Part shown: positions 7,023 through 14,881 of the stretch, piece by piece
Position numbering within the stretch: position 1 is the stretch's first letter
Layout: each line of letters begins with the position of its first letter
Assembly (NCBI GenBank): GCA_902496265.1
Contig: CABVAD010000001.1
Coordinates: forward strand, 1-24,495
Reading direction: 5' to 3'
DNA: 24,495 bases
Source of the DNA: an uncultured Oscillospiraceae bacterium
GTDB lineage: Bacteria > Bacillota > Clostridia > Oscillospirales > Acutalibacteraceae
Notes under the pieces: model-generated
Told to the model about the DNA's origin: nothing
The model's database searches: none
The model's input: the letters and a program-made list of their open reading frames with translations, nothing else
Made by a program: the position numbers and the translations under genes

Positions 7023-7038
7023 GTTAGCATAAGCTAAC
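7023..7038. promoter_or_regulatory. Fourth GTTAGC-N4-GCTAAC operator, intra-operonic, before feoB
   Basis: GTTAGCATAAGCTAAC, just upstream of the feoB RBS. Confidence 0.7.
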
Positions 7039-7057
7039 ACAATGAAAGGAAATGGAT

Positions 7058-9469
7058 ATGGATATAAAAATAGCTTTGGCGGGCAATCCAAACTGCGGAA
7101 AGACCACCCTTTTCAACGCGCTCACAGGCTCAAATCAATTTGTCGGCAACTGGCCGGGTGTTACAGTCGAGAAAAAGGAGGGCAGGCTTAAAGGCTTTGA
7201 CGGCGTTACCGTCGTGGATTTGCCGGGTATTTACTCCCTTTCACCCTACACCCTCGAAGAGGTGGTGGCGAGAAATTACCTTACAGAGCAACAGCCCGAC
7301 GTGATACTTAACGTAATAGACGGCACTAACCTTGAAAGAAACCTTTATCTCACCACCCAGCTCGCCGAGCTTGGGATTCCTTTGGTTATTGCGATAAATA
7401 TGACCGACGTTGTAAGAAAAAACGGCGATAAGATAGATACCGCGGAGCTTTCACGGCGGCTTAATTTAAAAATTGTTGAAATATCGGCGCTTAAGGGTAC
7501 GGGTATAGCCGAAGCCGCACAGGCGGCGGCGGACGCGGCAAAGGAGCAAAAGCCTACCCCGCCGCACACCTTTTCGGGACCTGTCGAGCACGCCCTCGCC
7601 CATATTGAGGAGGCGGCTTTGCATAATTATCCTCTTTCAAATCAGCGTTGGTACGCCGTTAAAATCTTTGAGCGCGACCCAAAGGTTTTAGAGCGCCTTA
7701 ATATTGAGGAAAATGTGCTTTTGCACATTGAAAACGACATAAAGGCGGCGGAAAAGGAATGTGACGACGACGCGGAAAGCATAATCACCAACGAACGCTA
7801 CATATATATCGCCTCTTTATTAAAGGGCTGTTACAGGAAAAAATCCGCGGGCAGACTCACATTCTCGGATAAAATTGACAGGGTGGTTACCAACCGCTTT
7901 GCCGCACTGCCTATTTTTGCGGCGGTTATGTTTTTGGTTTATTACATATCGGTTTCGACGGTCGGCACGGTTGCGACCGACTGGGCAAACGACGGCGTGT
8001 TCGGCGACGGCTGGCACCTTTTCGGGATAGGTACGAACAGCTATAACGAGGCTATGGACAGCTTCGCCGCCGAGAACATTTTTACAGCCGAGGTAAAAGC
8101 CGCGGTTGAAAACGCCGCCGCGGCGGGAACGGTGGGCGCTCAAGAGTTAAAGGCGGCGATAAATGACGGCAGCTTTGCCGATTTTGACGAGGCTTATTCT
8201 ACCTATGCCGATTCATTGGCAGAGGCGGGCTTTGATATTTCCGAGACGGTTGATAAGGCTCTTGAAGCAGAAGATGTCCCGCAGACCGAAAGCTACGGGG
8301 TGTGGATACCCGGTATTCCCGTGCTTGCCGAAAAGGGGCTTGACGCACTAAACTGTGCCTACCCGCTTAAAAGCCTTGTGCTTGACGGCATTGTGGGCGG
8401 CGTGGGGGCTGTGCTGGGCTTTGTGCCGCAAATGCTTGTGCTGTTTATTTTCCTCGCATTCCTTGAAGCCTGCGGCTATATGGCGCGTATCGCCTTTGTG
8501 CTTGACAGGGTTTTCAGAAAATTCGGACTCTCGGGAAAATCCTTTATACCTATGCTTATCGGCACGGGCTGCGGAGTACCGGGGATTATGGCGTCGCGCA
8601 CCATCGAAAACGAGCGCGACCGCAGAATGACGGTTATGACCGCCACCTTTATCCCCTGCGGTGCAAAGCTTCCGATTATCGCGCTTATTTCGGCTTCGCT
8701 TTTCGGCGGCGCGTGGTGGGTAGCCCCCAGCGCCTACTTTGTGGGTATCGCGGCGGTTATTGTGTCGGGAATAATCCTTAAAAAGACAAAAATGTTCTCG
8801 GGCGACCCCGCGCCCTTTGTTATGGAACTGCCCGCCTATCATATGCCGACGCCCGGCAATATCCTGCGCAGTATGTGGGAGCGGGCAAGCTCCTTTATAA
8901 GGAAGGCGGGAACAATAATTCTTTTAGCGTCAATAGTTATCTGGGCGGGGTCGAGCTTCGGCGTTACCGACGGACATTTAGGATTTGGCACCGATACCGA
9001 GCTTGAAAACAGTCTTCTCGGAATAATAGGCGGCGCGGTCTGCAAAATCTTTGCACCCTTAGGCTTCGGAACGGTAAAGGCAACCGTCGCCACGGTTATG
9101 GGACTTGTCGCTAAGGAGGAGGTTGTCGGCGTGTTCGGCGTGCTTGACTTTGAGGGTATGACCCGCCTATCTGCCTATTCCTTCCTTATTTTCAATCTGC
9201 TCTGCGCCCCCTGCTTTGCCGCTATGGGTGCCATAAAGCGCGAAATGAACAGCGGAAAATGGACCGCCTTTGCTATCGGTTATCAGTGCGCCTTTGCATA
9301 CGCCGTGTCGCTTATCGTTTATCAGATTGGCTCGGCGGTTACGGGAAATATTAATATTTTCGAGTTTATCTTTGCTTTGGCGGTTTTGGGGGTAATGCTT
9401 TACTTCCTTTTAAGACCCGCGAAAAAAAACGGTCGGCTTCCGCAGATTTCGGCGGTTAAAGCGAATTAG
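7058..9469 (+). CDS. feoB: Ferrous iron transport protein B
   Basis: G1 GNPNCGKT, VGNWPGVTVE, DLPGIYSL, NMTD, GTGCGVP, FIPCGAK and LCAPCFA motifs. ATG 7058 preferred over 7052 for RBS spacing. Confidence 0.96.
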   Translation: MDIKIALAGNPNCGKTTLFNALTGSNQFVGNWPGVTVEKKEGRLKGFDGVTVVDLPGIYSLSPYTLEEVVARNYLTEQQPDVILNVIDGTNLERNLYLTTQLAELGIPLVIAINMTDVVRKNGDKIDTAELSRRLNLKIVEISALKGTGIAEAAQAAADAAKEQKPTPPHTFSGPVEHALAHIEEAALHNYPLSNQRWYAVKIFERDPKVLERLNIEENVLLHIENDIKAAEKECDDDAESIITNERYIYIASLLKGCYRKKSAGRLTFSDKIDRVVTNRFAALPIFAAVMFLVYYISVSTVGTVATDWANDGVFGDGWHLFGIGTNSYNEAMDSFAAENIFTAEVKAAVENAAAAGTVGAQELKAAINDGSFADFDEAYSTYADSLAEAGFDISETVDKALEAEDVPQTESYGVWIPGIPVLAEKGLDALNCAYPLKSLVLDGIVGGVGAVLGFVPQMLVLFIFLAFLEACGYMARIAFVLDRVFRKFGLSGKSFIPMLIGTGCGVPGIMASRTIENERDRRMTVMTATFIPCGAKLPIIALISASLFGGAWWVAPSAYFVGIAAVIVSGIILKKTKMFSGDPAPFVMELPAYHMPTPGNILRSMWERASSFIRKAGTIILLASIVIWAGSSFGVTDGHLGFGTDTELENSLLGIIGGAVCKIFAPLGFGTVKATVATVMGLVAKEEVVGVFGVLDFEGMTRLSAYSFLIFNLLCAPCFAAMGAIKREMNSGKWTAFAIGYQCAFAYAVSLIVYQIGSAVTGNINIFEFIFALAVLGVMLYFLLRPAKKNGRLPQISAVKAN

Positions 9470-9481
9470 GGAGGGAAACGT

Positions 9482-9658
9482 ATGCTTTCGTGGTTTTCTG
9501 AAAATATAGGAACAATAATTGTCGCGCTTGCCGTTGCGGCGGCAGCGGCGGCGATTATCATAAAAGCGGTTAAAAACCGAAAAATCGGCAAAAGCTCCTG
9601 CGGCTGTGGCTGCAGCTGTTGCCCGATGGAAGGCAAATGCGGCGCGGATAAGCATTAG
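9482..9658 (+). CDS. FeoB-associated Cys-rich membrane peptide, 58 aa
   Basis: Not in the ORF track. MLSWFSENIGTIIVALAVAAAAAAIIIKAVKNRKIGKSSCGCGCSCCPMEGKCGADKH; RBS GGGAGG; directly after feoB. Confidence 0.88.
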   Translation: MLSWFSENIGTIIVALAVAAAAAAIIIKAVKNRKIGKSSCGCGCSCCPMEGKCGADKH

Positions 9659-9688
9659 AGATTATACATAGCGCGCAAGTCTCCGCTT

Positions 9689-9716
9689 TCTGATATCTGA
9701 TATCTAAAATCTGATT
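9689..9716 (+). repeat. Degenerate heptamer tandem repeat
   Basis: TCTGATA TCTGATA TCTAAAA TCTGATT, running into the galT -35. Confidence 0.6.
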
Positions 9717-9743
9717 GACAGCACACCGTAAAATAGATATAAT
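9715..9743 (+). promoter_or_regulatory. Consensus sigma-A promoter of galT
   Basis: TTGACA (9715-9720), 17 bp, TATAAT (9738-9743). Confidence 0.85.
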
Positions 9744-9765
9744 TTAAAATGGGACGGTGTGATAA

Positions 9766-11256
9766 ATGATTGATAAAAGTATTAAAAAGCTTGTCTGCTA
9801 CGGAATGGAAAAAGGTCTGTTCACCGAGCGGGACAGAATTTATGTAACAAACCGTATTCTTGAAATTTTAAATTTGGACGAATACGGCTGTGAAGAAGAG
9901 TTTACCGACGTAAATCTTGAGGAAACCTTAAAGGAGCTGCTTGATTTCGCGGTGGAAAAGGGGCTTATAGAGGACAGTATCGTTCACCGCGATTTGTTTG
10001 ATACAAGGCTTATGGGGGCAATGATGCCCCGCCCCTCCGAGGTCACCGAACGCTTTAATGAGCTTTATAATGAGTCACCCAAGGCGGCAACCGATTATTT
10101 TTACCGACTTAGCTGTGACAGCGATTACATAAGGCGTTACCGCGTGGAAAAGGACATAAAATGGGTCACGGTAACCGAATACGGCGACCTTGACATTACA
10201 ATAAATCTTTCAAAGCCCGAAAAAGACCCCAAGGCGATAGCCGCGGCAAAGAACGCGCCGCAGGCGGGCTACCCTAAATGTATGCTCTGCCGCGAGTGCG
10301 AGGGCTACGCGGGCAGGCTTAACTTCCCCGCAAGGCAGAATCACAGGGTTATCCCGGTTAAAATTAACAACAGCGACTGGTGCTTCCAGTATTCGCCCTA
10401 TGTTTACTACAACGAGCATTGCATAGTATTTAACGCTAAGCACACCCCTATGGCGATAAACCGCGACACCTTTAAAAAGCTGCTCGATTTTGTAAAGCAG
10501 TTCCCGCATTATTTTGTCGGCTCTAACGCCGATTTGCCGATTGTGGGCGGCTCTATTTTAAGCCACGACCATTTTCAGGGCGGCAATTACACCTTTGCTA
10601 TGGCAAAGGCGGCGGTTGAGTATCCCCTTTCCTTTGAGGGCTTTAATGATGTTGAGGCGGGTATTTTAAAGTGGCCAATGTCGGTTATAAGGCTTTCCTC
10701 GCCCGATACCGACCGCCTTATTGAGCTTGCCGACAAGATTTTAAAGACCTGGCGCGGCTATACAGACGAGTCGGCGTTTATATTCGCCGAAACAGACGGC
10801 GAGCCGCACAACACCATAACGCCGATTGCCCGCAAAAAGGGGGAGAGTTTTGAGCTTGATTTGGTGCTTCGCAACAATATAACCACTAAAGAGCACCCGC
10901 TTGGCGTATATCACCCGCACAAGGAGCTGCACCATATCAAAAAGGAAAATATCGGGCTTATTGAGGTTATGGGGCTGGCCGTCCTTCCCGCCCGCCTTAA
11001 AAACGAGATGGCGTTGCTCGAAGAGGCTATACTCGAAAACAGGGATATTAAAAATGACGGGGTGCTCTCAAAGCATTATGACTGGGCGGAGGAAATAAAG
11101 AATAAATATCCTCTTATTACAAGGGAAAATATCGGTAAAATCATAAAGGACGAAATCGGTCTTGTATTTGCAAAGGTGCTTGAGCACGCGGGCGTGTATA
11201 AGCGCACACCCGAGGGCATTCGAGCCTTTAAGAAATTTGCGGAGAGCGTAAAATAA
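9766..11256 (+). CDS. galT: UDP-glucose--hexose-1-phosphate uridylyltransferase (type II GalT)
   Basis: ITINLSKPEKDPK, QYSPYVYYNEH, GSNADLPIVGGSILSHDHFQGG and HHIKKENIGLIEVMGLA motifs. Confidence 0.96.
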   Translation: MIDKSIKKLVCYGMEKGLFTERDRIYVTNRILEILNLDEYGCEEEFTDVNLEETLKELLDFAVEKGLIEDSIVHRDLFDTRLMGAMMPRPSEVTERFNELYNESPKAATDYFYRLSCDSDYIRRYRVEKDIKWVTVTEYGDLDITINLSKPEKDPKAIAAAKNAPQAGYPKCMLCRECEGYAGRLNFPARQNHRVIPVKINNSDWCFQYSPYVYYNEHCIVFNAKHTPMAINRDTFKKLLDFVKQFPHYFVGSNADLPIVGGSILSHDHFQGGNYTFAMAKAAVEYPLSFEGFNDVEAGILKWPMSVIRLSSPDTDRLIELADKILKTWRGYTDESAFIFAETDGEPHNTITPIARKKGESFELDLVLRNNITTKEHPLGVYHPHKELHHIKKENIGLIEVMGLAVLPARLKNEMALLEEAILENRDIKNDGVLSKHYDWAEEIKNKYPLITRENIGKIIKDEIGLVFAKVLEHAGVYKRTPEGIRAFKKFAESVK

Positions 11257-12173
11257 TGTTTGCAACCGTTTTTTCGCAGGTTATGATTCTTATGCTGATG
11301 ATAGCGACAGGCTTTGTCGCGGCTAAGGCAAAAATAATGACCGCCGAGGGCGCGCGTTGCTGTACCGACATTGCCCTTGTCATCGTCACCCCCTGCGTTA
11401 TCATAAAATCCCTTATCCGCGAGTACAGCCGCGAGCTTATGAAGTCCCTTGCCTTTGCGTTTGCCGTCACCCTGCTTGTTCAGGTGTTTATGATACTTTT
11501 AAGCTATTTGATTCTTCATTCAAAGGATAAGGCGCGGGAGCGCGTACTGCGCTTCGGCACAATTTTTGCCAACTGCGGCTTTATGTCGCTTCCGCTCCAG
11601 CAGGTAATCTTAGGGGCGGACGGCACCCTCTACGGCTCGGCTTATATTATAATGTTCAATCTTGTCATCTGGAGCTACGGCGTTTTCCTTATAAGCGGGG
11701 ACAAAAGGTACATTAAACCGAAAAAGCTGTTCATAAACCCGGGGATTATAGGGCTTACGATAGGGCTTGTGATTTTTGTTTTCTCGATTCCCATACCGAA
11801 AATTCTATATTCCACAATCGACTATATTTCGGCTATCTACACCCCTCTGCCGATGCTTATTATCGGCTACCACTTGGCACAGAACAGCCTTGTAACCGCC
11901 CTTAAGGACGCAAAGTGCCTGTTTGCGGTCTTGCTCAGAATGATAGTCTATCCCCTCGCGGTGCTCGGAGCTTTATATCTTTTGGGAGTAAGGGGAACTC
12001 TGCTTGTTTCGGTGATTATTTCGGTCAGCGCGCCTGTTGCGGCGATTACGACTATGTTCTCCTCAAAATACGGGGCGGATACGCCGCTTTCGGTGGATAT
12101 GGTTTCCTTAAGCACGGTCGCCGCGGCGGTCACAATGCCGCTTGTTATCACTTTGGCACAGCTTTTGGCCTGA
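11256..12173 (+). CDS. AEC (auxin efflux carrier/malate permease) family transporter
   Basis: About 10 TM helices; FANCGFMSLP, FINPGIIG, PLPMLIIG and APVAA motifs; TAATG coupling to galT. Confidence 0.88.
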   Translation: MFATVFSQVMILMLMIATGFVAAKAKIMTAEGARCCTDIALVIVTPCVIIKSLIREYSRELMKSLAFAFAVTLLVQVFMILLSYLILHSKDKARERVLRFGTIFANCGFMSLPLQQVILGADGTLYGSAYIIMFNLVIWSYGVFLISGDKRYIKPKKLFINPGIIGLTIGLVIFVFSIPIPKILYSTIDYISAIYTPLPMLIIGYHLAQNSLVTALKDAKCLFAVLLRMIVYPLAVLGALYLLGVRGTLLVSVIISVSAPVAAITTMFSSKYGADTPLSVDMVSLSTVAAAVTMPLVITLAQLLA

Positions 12174-12187
12174 TTGTAAAAAAACAC

Positions 12188-12216
12188 TTGATTTTTCCCG
12201 CGCGGTATGCTATTAT
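12188..12216 (+). promoter_or_regulatory. Sigma-A promoter of rpmB
   Basis: TTGATT (12188-12193), 17 bp, TATTAT (12211-12216), with extended -10 TG. Confidence 0.65.
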
Positions 12217-12271
12217 AAGTGTTGCTATGTGGTTCGGTCGGACGACCGACAGAAAGAAGGAGGTGCAGACC

Positions 12272-12460
12272 ATGGCTAAATGTGATATCTGCAATAAGGA
12301 AATTGCTTTCGGAATTAAGGTTTCCCATTCTCACAGACGTTCCAACAGAACCTGGAAGCCCAACGTTAAAAAGGTTAAAGCAATAGTAAACGGTTCTCCG
12401 CGTCGTATCAATGTTTGCACCCGCTGCTTACGTTCGGGAAAGGTTACCAGAGCAATCTAA
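12272..12460 (+). CDS. rpmB: 50S ribosomal protein L28 (Cys-containing form)
   Basis: MAKCDIC...VSHSHRRSNRTWKPN...VCTRCLRS; RBS AAGGAGGT; the true start lies inside the 181-aa computed ORF. Confidence 0.97.
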   Translation: MAKCDICNKEIAFGIKVSHSHRRSNRTWKPNVKKVKAIVNGSPRRINVCTRCLRSGKVTRAI

Positions 12461-12478
12461 AGTTTTGACTTGCAAAAA

Positions 12479-12509
12479 TAACCCTTAGCGGCTGCTAAGG
12501 GGTTTTTTG
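12479..12509 (+). terminator. Rho-independent terminator after rpmB
   Basis: CCCTTAGC-GGCT-GCTAAGGG followed by GTTTTTT. Confidence 0.85.
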
Positions 12510-12541
12510 TATATGCACTTTACAATTAGGAGGGGTTATTA

Positions 12542-13204
12542 ATGATAAAAGCGGTATTGTTTGATTTGGACGGCACCCTTGTAAACTCCCTTGCCGACCT
12601 TGCCGACAGCACTAATTTTGCTCTTAAAAGCTTGAATTTTCCCCCTCACGAAACCGAGGAGTACAAATACCTTGTGGGCGACGGGATACCGAAGCTTATT
12701 GAGCGCGCTCTGCCCGAGGGTGAAAAAAACGAGGAAAATAAGAAAAAATGCTTAGAGCTTTTTATGGCGCGCTACAGGGAGCATTATTTTGATAAAACCG
12801 ACGCATACGACGGAATTAAGGAGCTGCTTTGCGAGCTTAAAAAACAGGGTTTAAAAATCGCCGTGATTTCAAACAAGGCGCATCAGATGGCGCAAAAGGT
12901 GGTTGATAAGGTCTTCGGCGATATATTCGATACCGTCGCGGGCAAGCGCGAGGGCTATAATACAAAGCCCGACCCCGCCTTGACCCTTGAGGTTATAAAG
13001 GAGCTCGGCGTAACGCCCGAAGCTTGTGCGCTTGTCGGCGATTCGGGAATGGATATGGCGGCGGCGGTGAACGCGAAAACGACGGGTATCGGCGTTCTTT
13101 GGGGCTTCAGAACCGAGCAAGAATTGCGGGAAAACGGCGCTAAATATATCGCAAGCACACCCGCTCAAATTTTAAATATAATCAAGGAAATAAAAAATGA
13201 CTAA
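12542..13204 (+). CDS. HAD family hydrolase (phosphoglycolate phosphatase-like)
   Basis: FDLDGTL, ISNK, KPDP, VGDSGMD and WGFR motifs. Confidence 0.9.
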   Translation: MIKAVLFDLDGTLVNSLADLADSTNFALKSLNFPPHETEEYKYLVGDGIPKLIERALPEGEKNEENKKKCLELFMARYREHYFDKTDAYDGIKELLCELKKQGLKIAVISNKAHQMAQKVVDKVFGDIFDTVAGKREGYNTKPDPALTLEVIKELGVTPEACALVGDSGMDMAAAVNAKTTGIGVLWGFRTEQELRENGAKYIASTPAQILNIIKEIKND

Positions 13205-14372
13205 GAGAATAAGCTACACCTCTACGAAAATCGCCTCCTACGCGGGTCTTTTCGTTCAGGCGATAGTCAATAACTTTCTGCCCATACTTTTTATAGCGCT
13301 TCAGGATGTCTATAAAATAGGCTATGAAAAATTAGGCAGACTTATAATGTTCAACTTTATAACCCAGCTTGTGACCGATATGCTTACCCCTAAAATCGTG
13401 GGGCTTCTCGGCTACAGAAAAACGGCGATAATGTGTCAGGGCTTTGCCGCGCTGGGGCTTGCTATGCTTTCTTTTCTGCCGAGAATTTTGCCTGACCCCT
13501 ATGTCGGAATTGTAATTTCGGTCACGGTTTACGCCTTTGCAAGCGGGCTTATGGAGGTTATTTTAAGCCCTATGGTCGAAATGCTCCCGACAAAAAACAA
13601 GAGCGGCAATATGTCGATACTACATTCCTTTTACTGCTGGGGACAGGCAGTAACCGCCCTTGTAACCACCTTTTTGGTAAGCCTTTTCGGGTACGCAAAC
13701 TGGATGTATATCCCCCTTATCTGGGCGGCGGTACCCTTTATTAATATGTTCAGCTTCTTAAAAGTGCCGATTATCGAGCCTGAGCCCGAACGGAAGAGCG
13801 ACAGCCTTAAAAAGCTTTTAAGCTCGCCGCTGTTTAGGTGCTTTATGGTTATGATGCTTTGTGCGGGCGCAAGCGAAATCGCGATGGCGGAGTGGGCTTC
13901 AATGTTCGCACAGCAGGCTCTCAGCGTTTCAAAGGTGATAGGCGATCTGGCGGGTCCCTGTGCCTTTGCGATATTTATGGGAACGGGGCGCGTGCTCTAC
14001 GCAAGATTTTCCGAAAGGGTATCCTTCAGGAAGACGGTTATTGTATTAAGCGCGCTTTGCGCCGCCTGCTATTTAACGGCGGCGTTCGTAAATATCCCGC
14101 TTTTAGCCCTTATATCCTGCGCTCTTTGCGGCTTTACGGTAAGCGTTATGTGGCCGGGGACTTACTCCGCAGGGGCTAAAGCCTTTCCGCGCGGCGACGC
14201 GGTGATGTTCAGCGTTTTCGCTATGTGCGGCGACCTCGGCTGTTGCTTAGGTCCTTGGATATTGGGCATTATCGCCGATATAAAAAGCCTGCACGCGGGC
14301 TTTGCGGTATCCGCCCTTTTCCCCGTAATTATGCTCCTTACCGCGATTTTCTTCTTTAAGGAAGACAAATAA
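13197..14372 (+). CDS. MFS transporter (FucP-like sugar permease)
   Basis: About 12 TM helices; GLMEVILSP, LHSFYCWG, MGTGR and GDLGCCLGP motifs. Confidence 0.82.
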   Translation: MTKRISYTSTKIASYAGLFVQAIVNNFLPILFIALQDVYKIGYEKLGRLIMFNFITQLVTDMLTPKIVGLLGYRKTAIMCQGFAALGLAMLSFLPRILPDPYVGIVISVTVYAFASGLMEVILSPMVEMLPTKNKSGNMSILHSFYCWGQAVTALVTTFLVSLFGYANWMYIPLIWAAVPFINMFSFLKVPIIEPEPERKSDSLKKLLSSPLFRCFMVMMLCAGASEIAMAEWASMFAQQALSVSKVIGDLAGPCAFAIFMGTGRVLYARFSERVSFRKTVIVLSALCAACYLTAAFVNIPLLALISCALCGFTVSVMWPGTYSAGAKAFPRGDAVMFSVFAMCGDLGCCLGPWILGIIADIKSLHAGFAVSALFPVIMLLTAIFFFKEDK

Positions 14373-14393
14373 AAAATACAGGAGGCGTTTTAC

Positions 14394-14873
14394 TTGAAAA
14401 GAGAAGATTATTTAAGCTGGGACGAATACTTTATGGGCATTGCCCTTTTGTCCTCAATGCGGAGCAAGGACCCGTCAACTCAGGTGGGTGCCTGCATAGT
14501 CAATTCCGAAAATCGGATTTTGTCTATGGGCTATAACGGTATGCCCCGATGCTGCAGCGACGACGAGTTCCCGTGGGACAAGAACGAAAATCCCCTCAAT
14601 TCAAAATATCTTTACGTCTGCCACGCCGAGCTTAACGCGATACTCAACTGCGCCAGCGGAAATGTCCGCGGCTGTACCGTTTACACCACCCTTTTCCCCT
14701 GCAACGAGTGCGCCAAGGCGATTATTCAGTCGGGTATTGCCGAGGTTGTCTATATGTCGGACAAGTATTCCGACTCCGACTCGGTTTTAGCCTCAAAGCG
14801 TATGTTTGCCACCGCGGGGGTAAATTTTCGGGAATACAAAAATTCGGGCAAAACCCTTGAACTTAAACTTTAG
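14394..14873 (+). CDS. dCMP deaminase (ComEB-like)
   Basis: [28 protein letters not shown] and PCNEC motifs; TTG start with RBS AGGAGG. Confidence 0.93.
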   Translation: MKREDYLSWDEYFMGIALLSSMRSKDPSTQVGACIVNSENRILSMGYNGMPRCCSDDEFPWDKNENPLNSKYLYVCHAELNAILNCASGNVRGCTVYTTLFPCNECAKAIIQSGIAEVVYMSDKYSDSDSVLASKRMFATAGVNFREYKNSGKTLELKL

Positions 14874-14881
14874 GTGATTTA

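Noticed and set aside
6390..7038. Repeated palindromes as a CRISPR array or transposon ends
   Set aside because: Only 16 bp, irregularly spaced, variable centres, no cas or transposase gene; positions fit operators.
7345..9655. Antisense and alternative-frame ORFs over feoB, and similar ones over znu, capA, galT, tex, gpsA, der and DUF512
   Set aside because: They are shadow ORFs of well-supported genes, with no recognisable motifs or RBS.
11915..12271. 181-aa N-terminally extended L28
   Set aside because: The extension overlaps the AEC gene and rpmB promoter; a strong RBS supports ATG 12272.
14394..14873. Deaminase as an anti-phage dCTP deaminase
   Set aside because: It is a short single-domain dCMP deaminase with no kinase-like N-terminal domain, in a housekeeping cluster.
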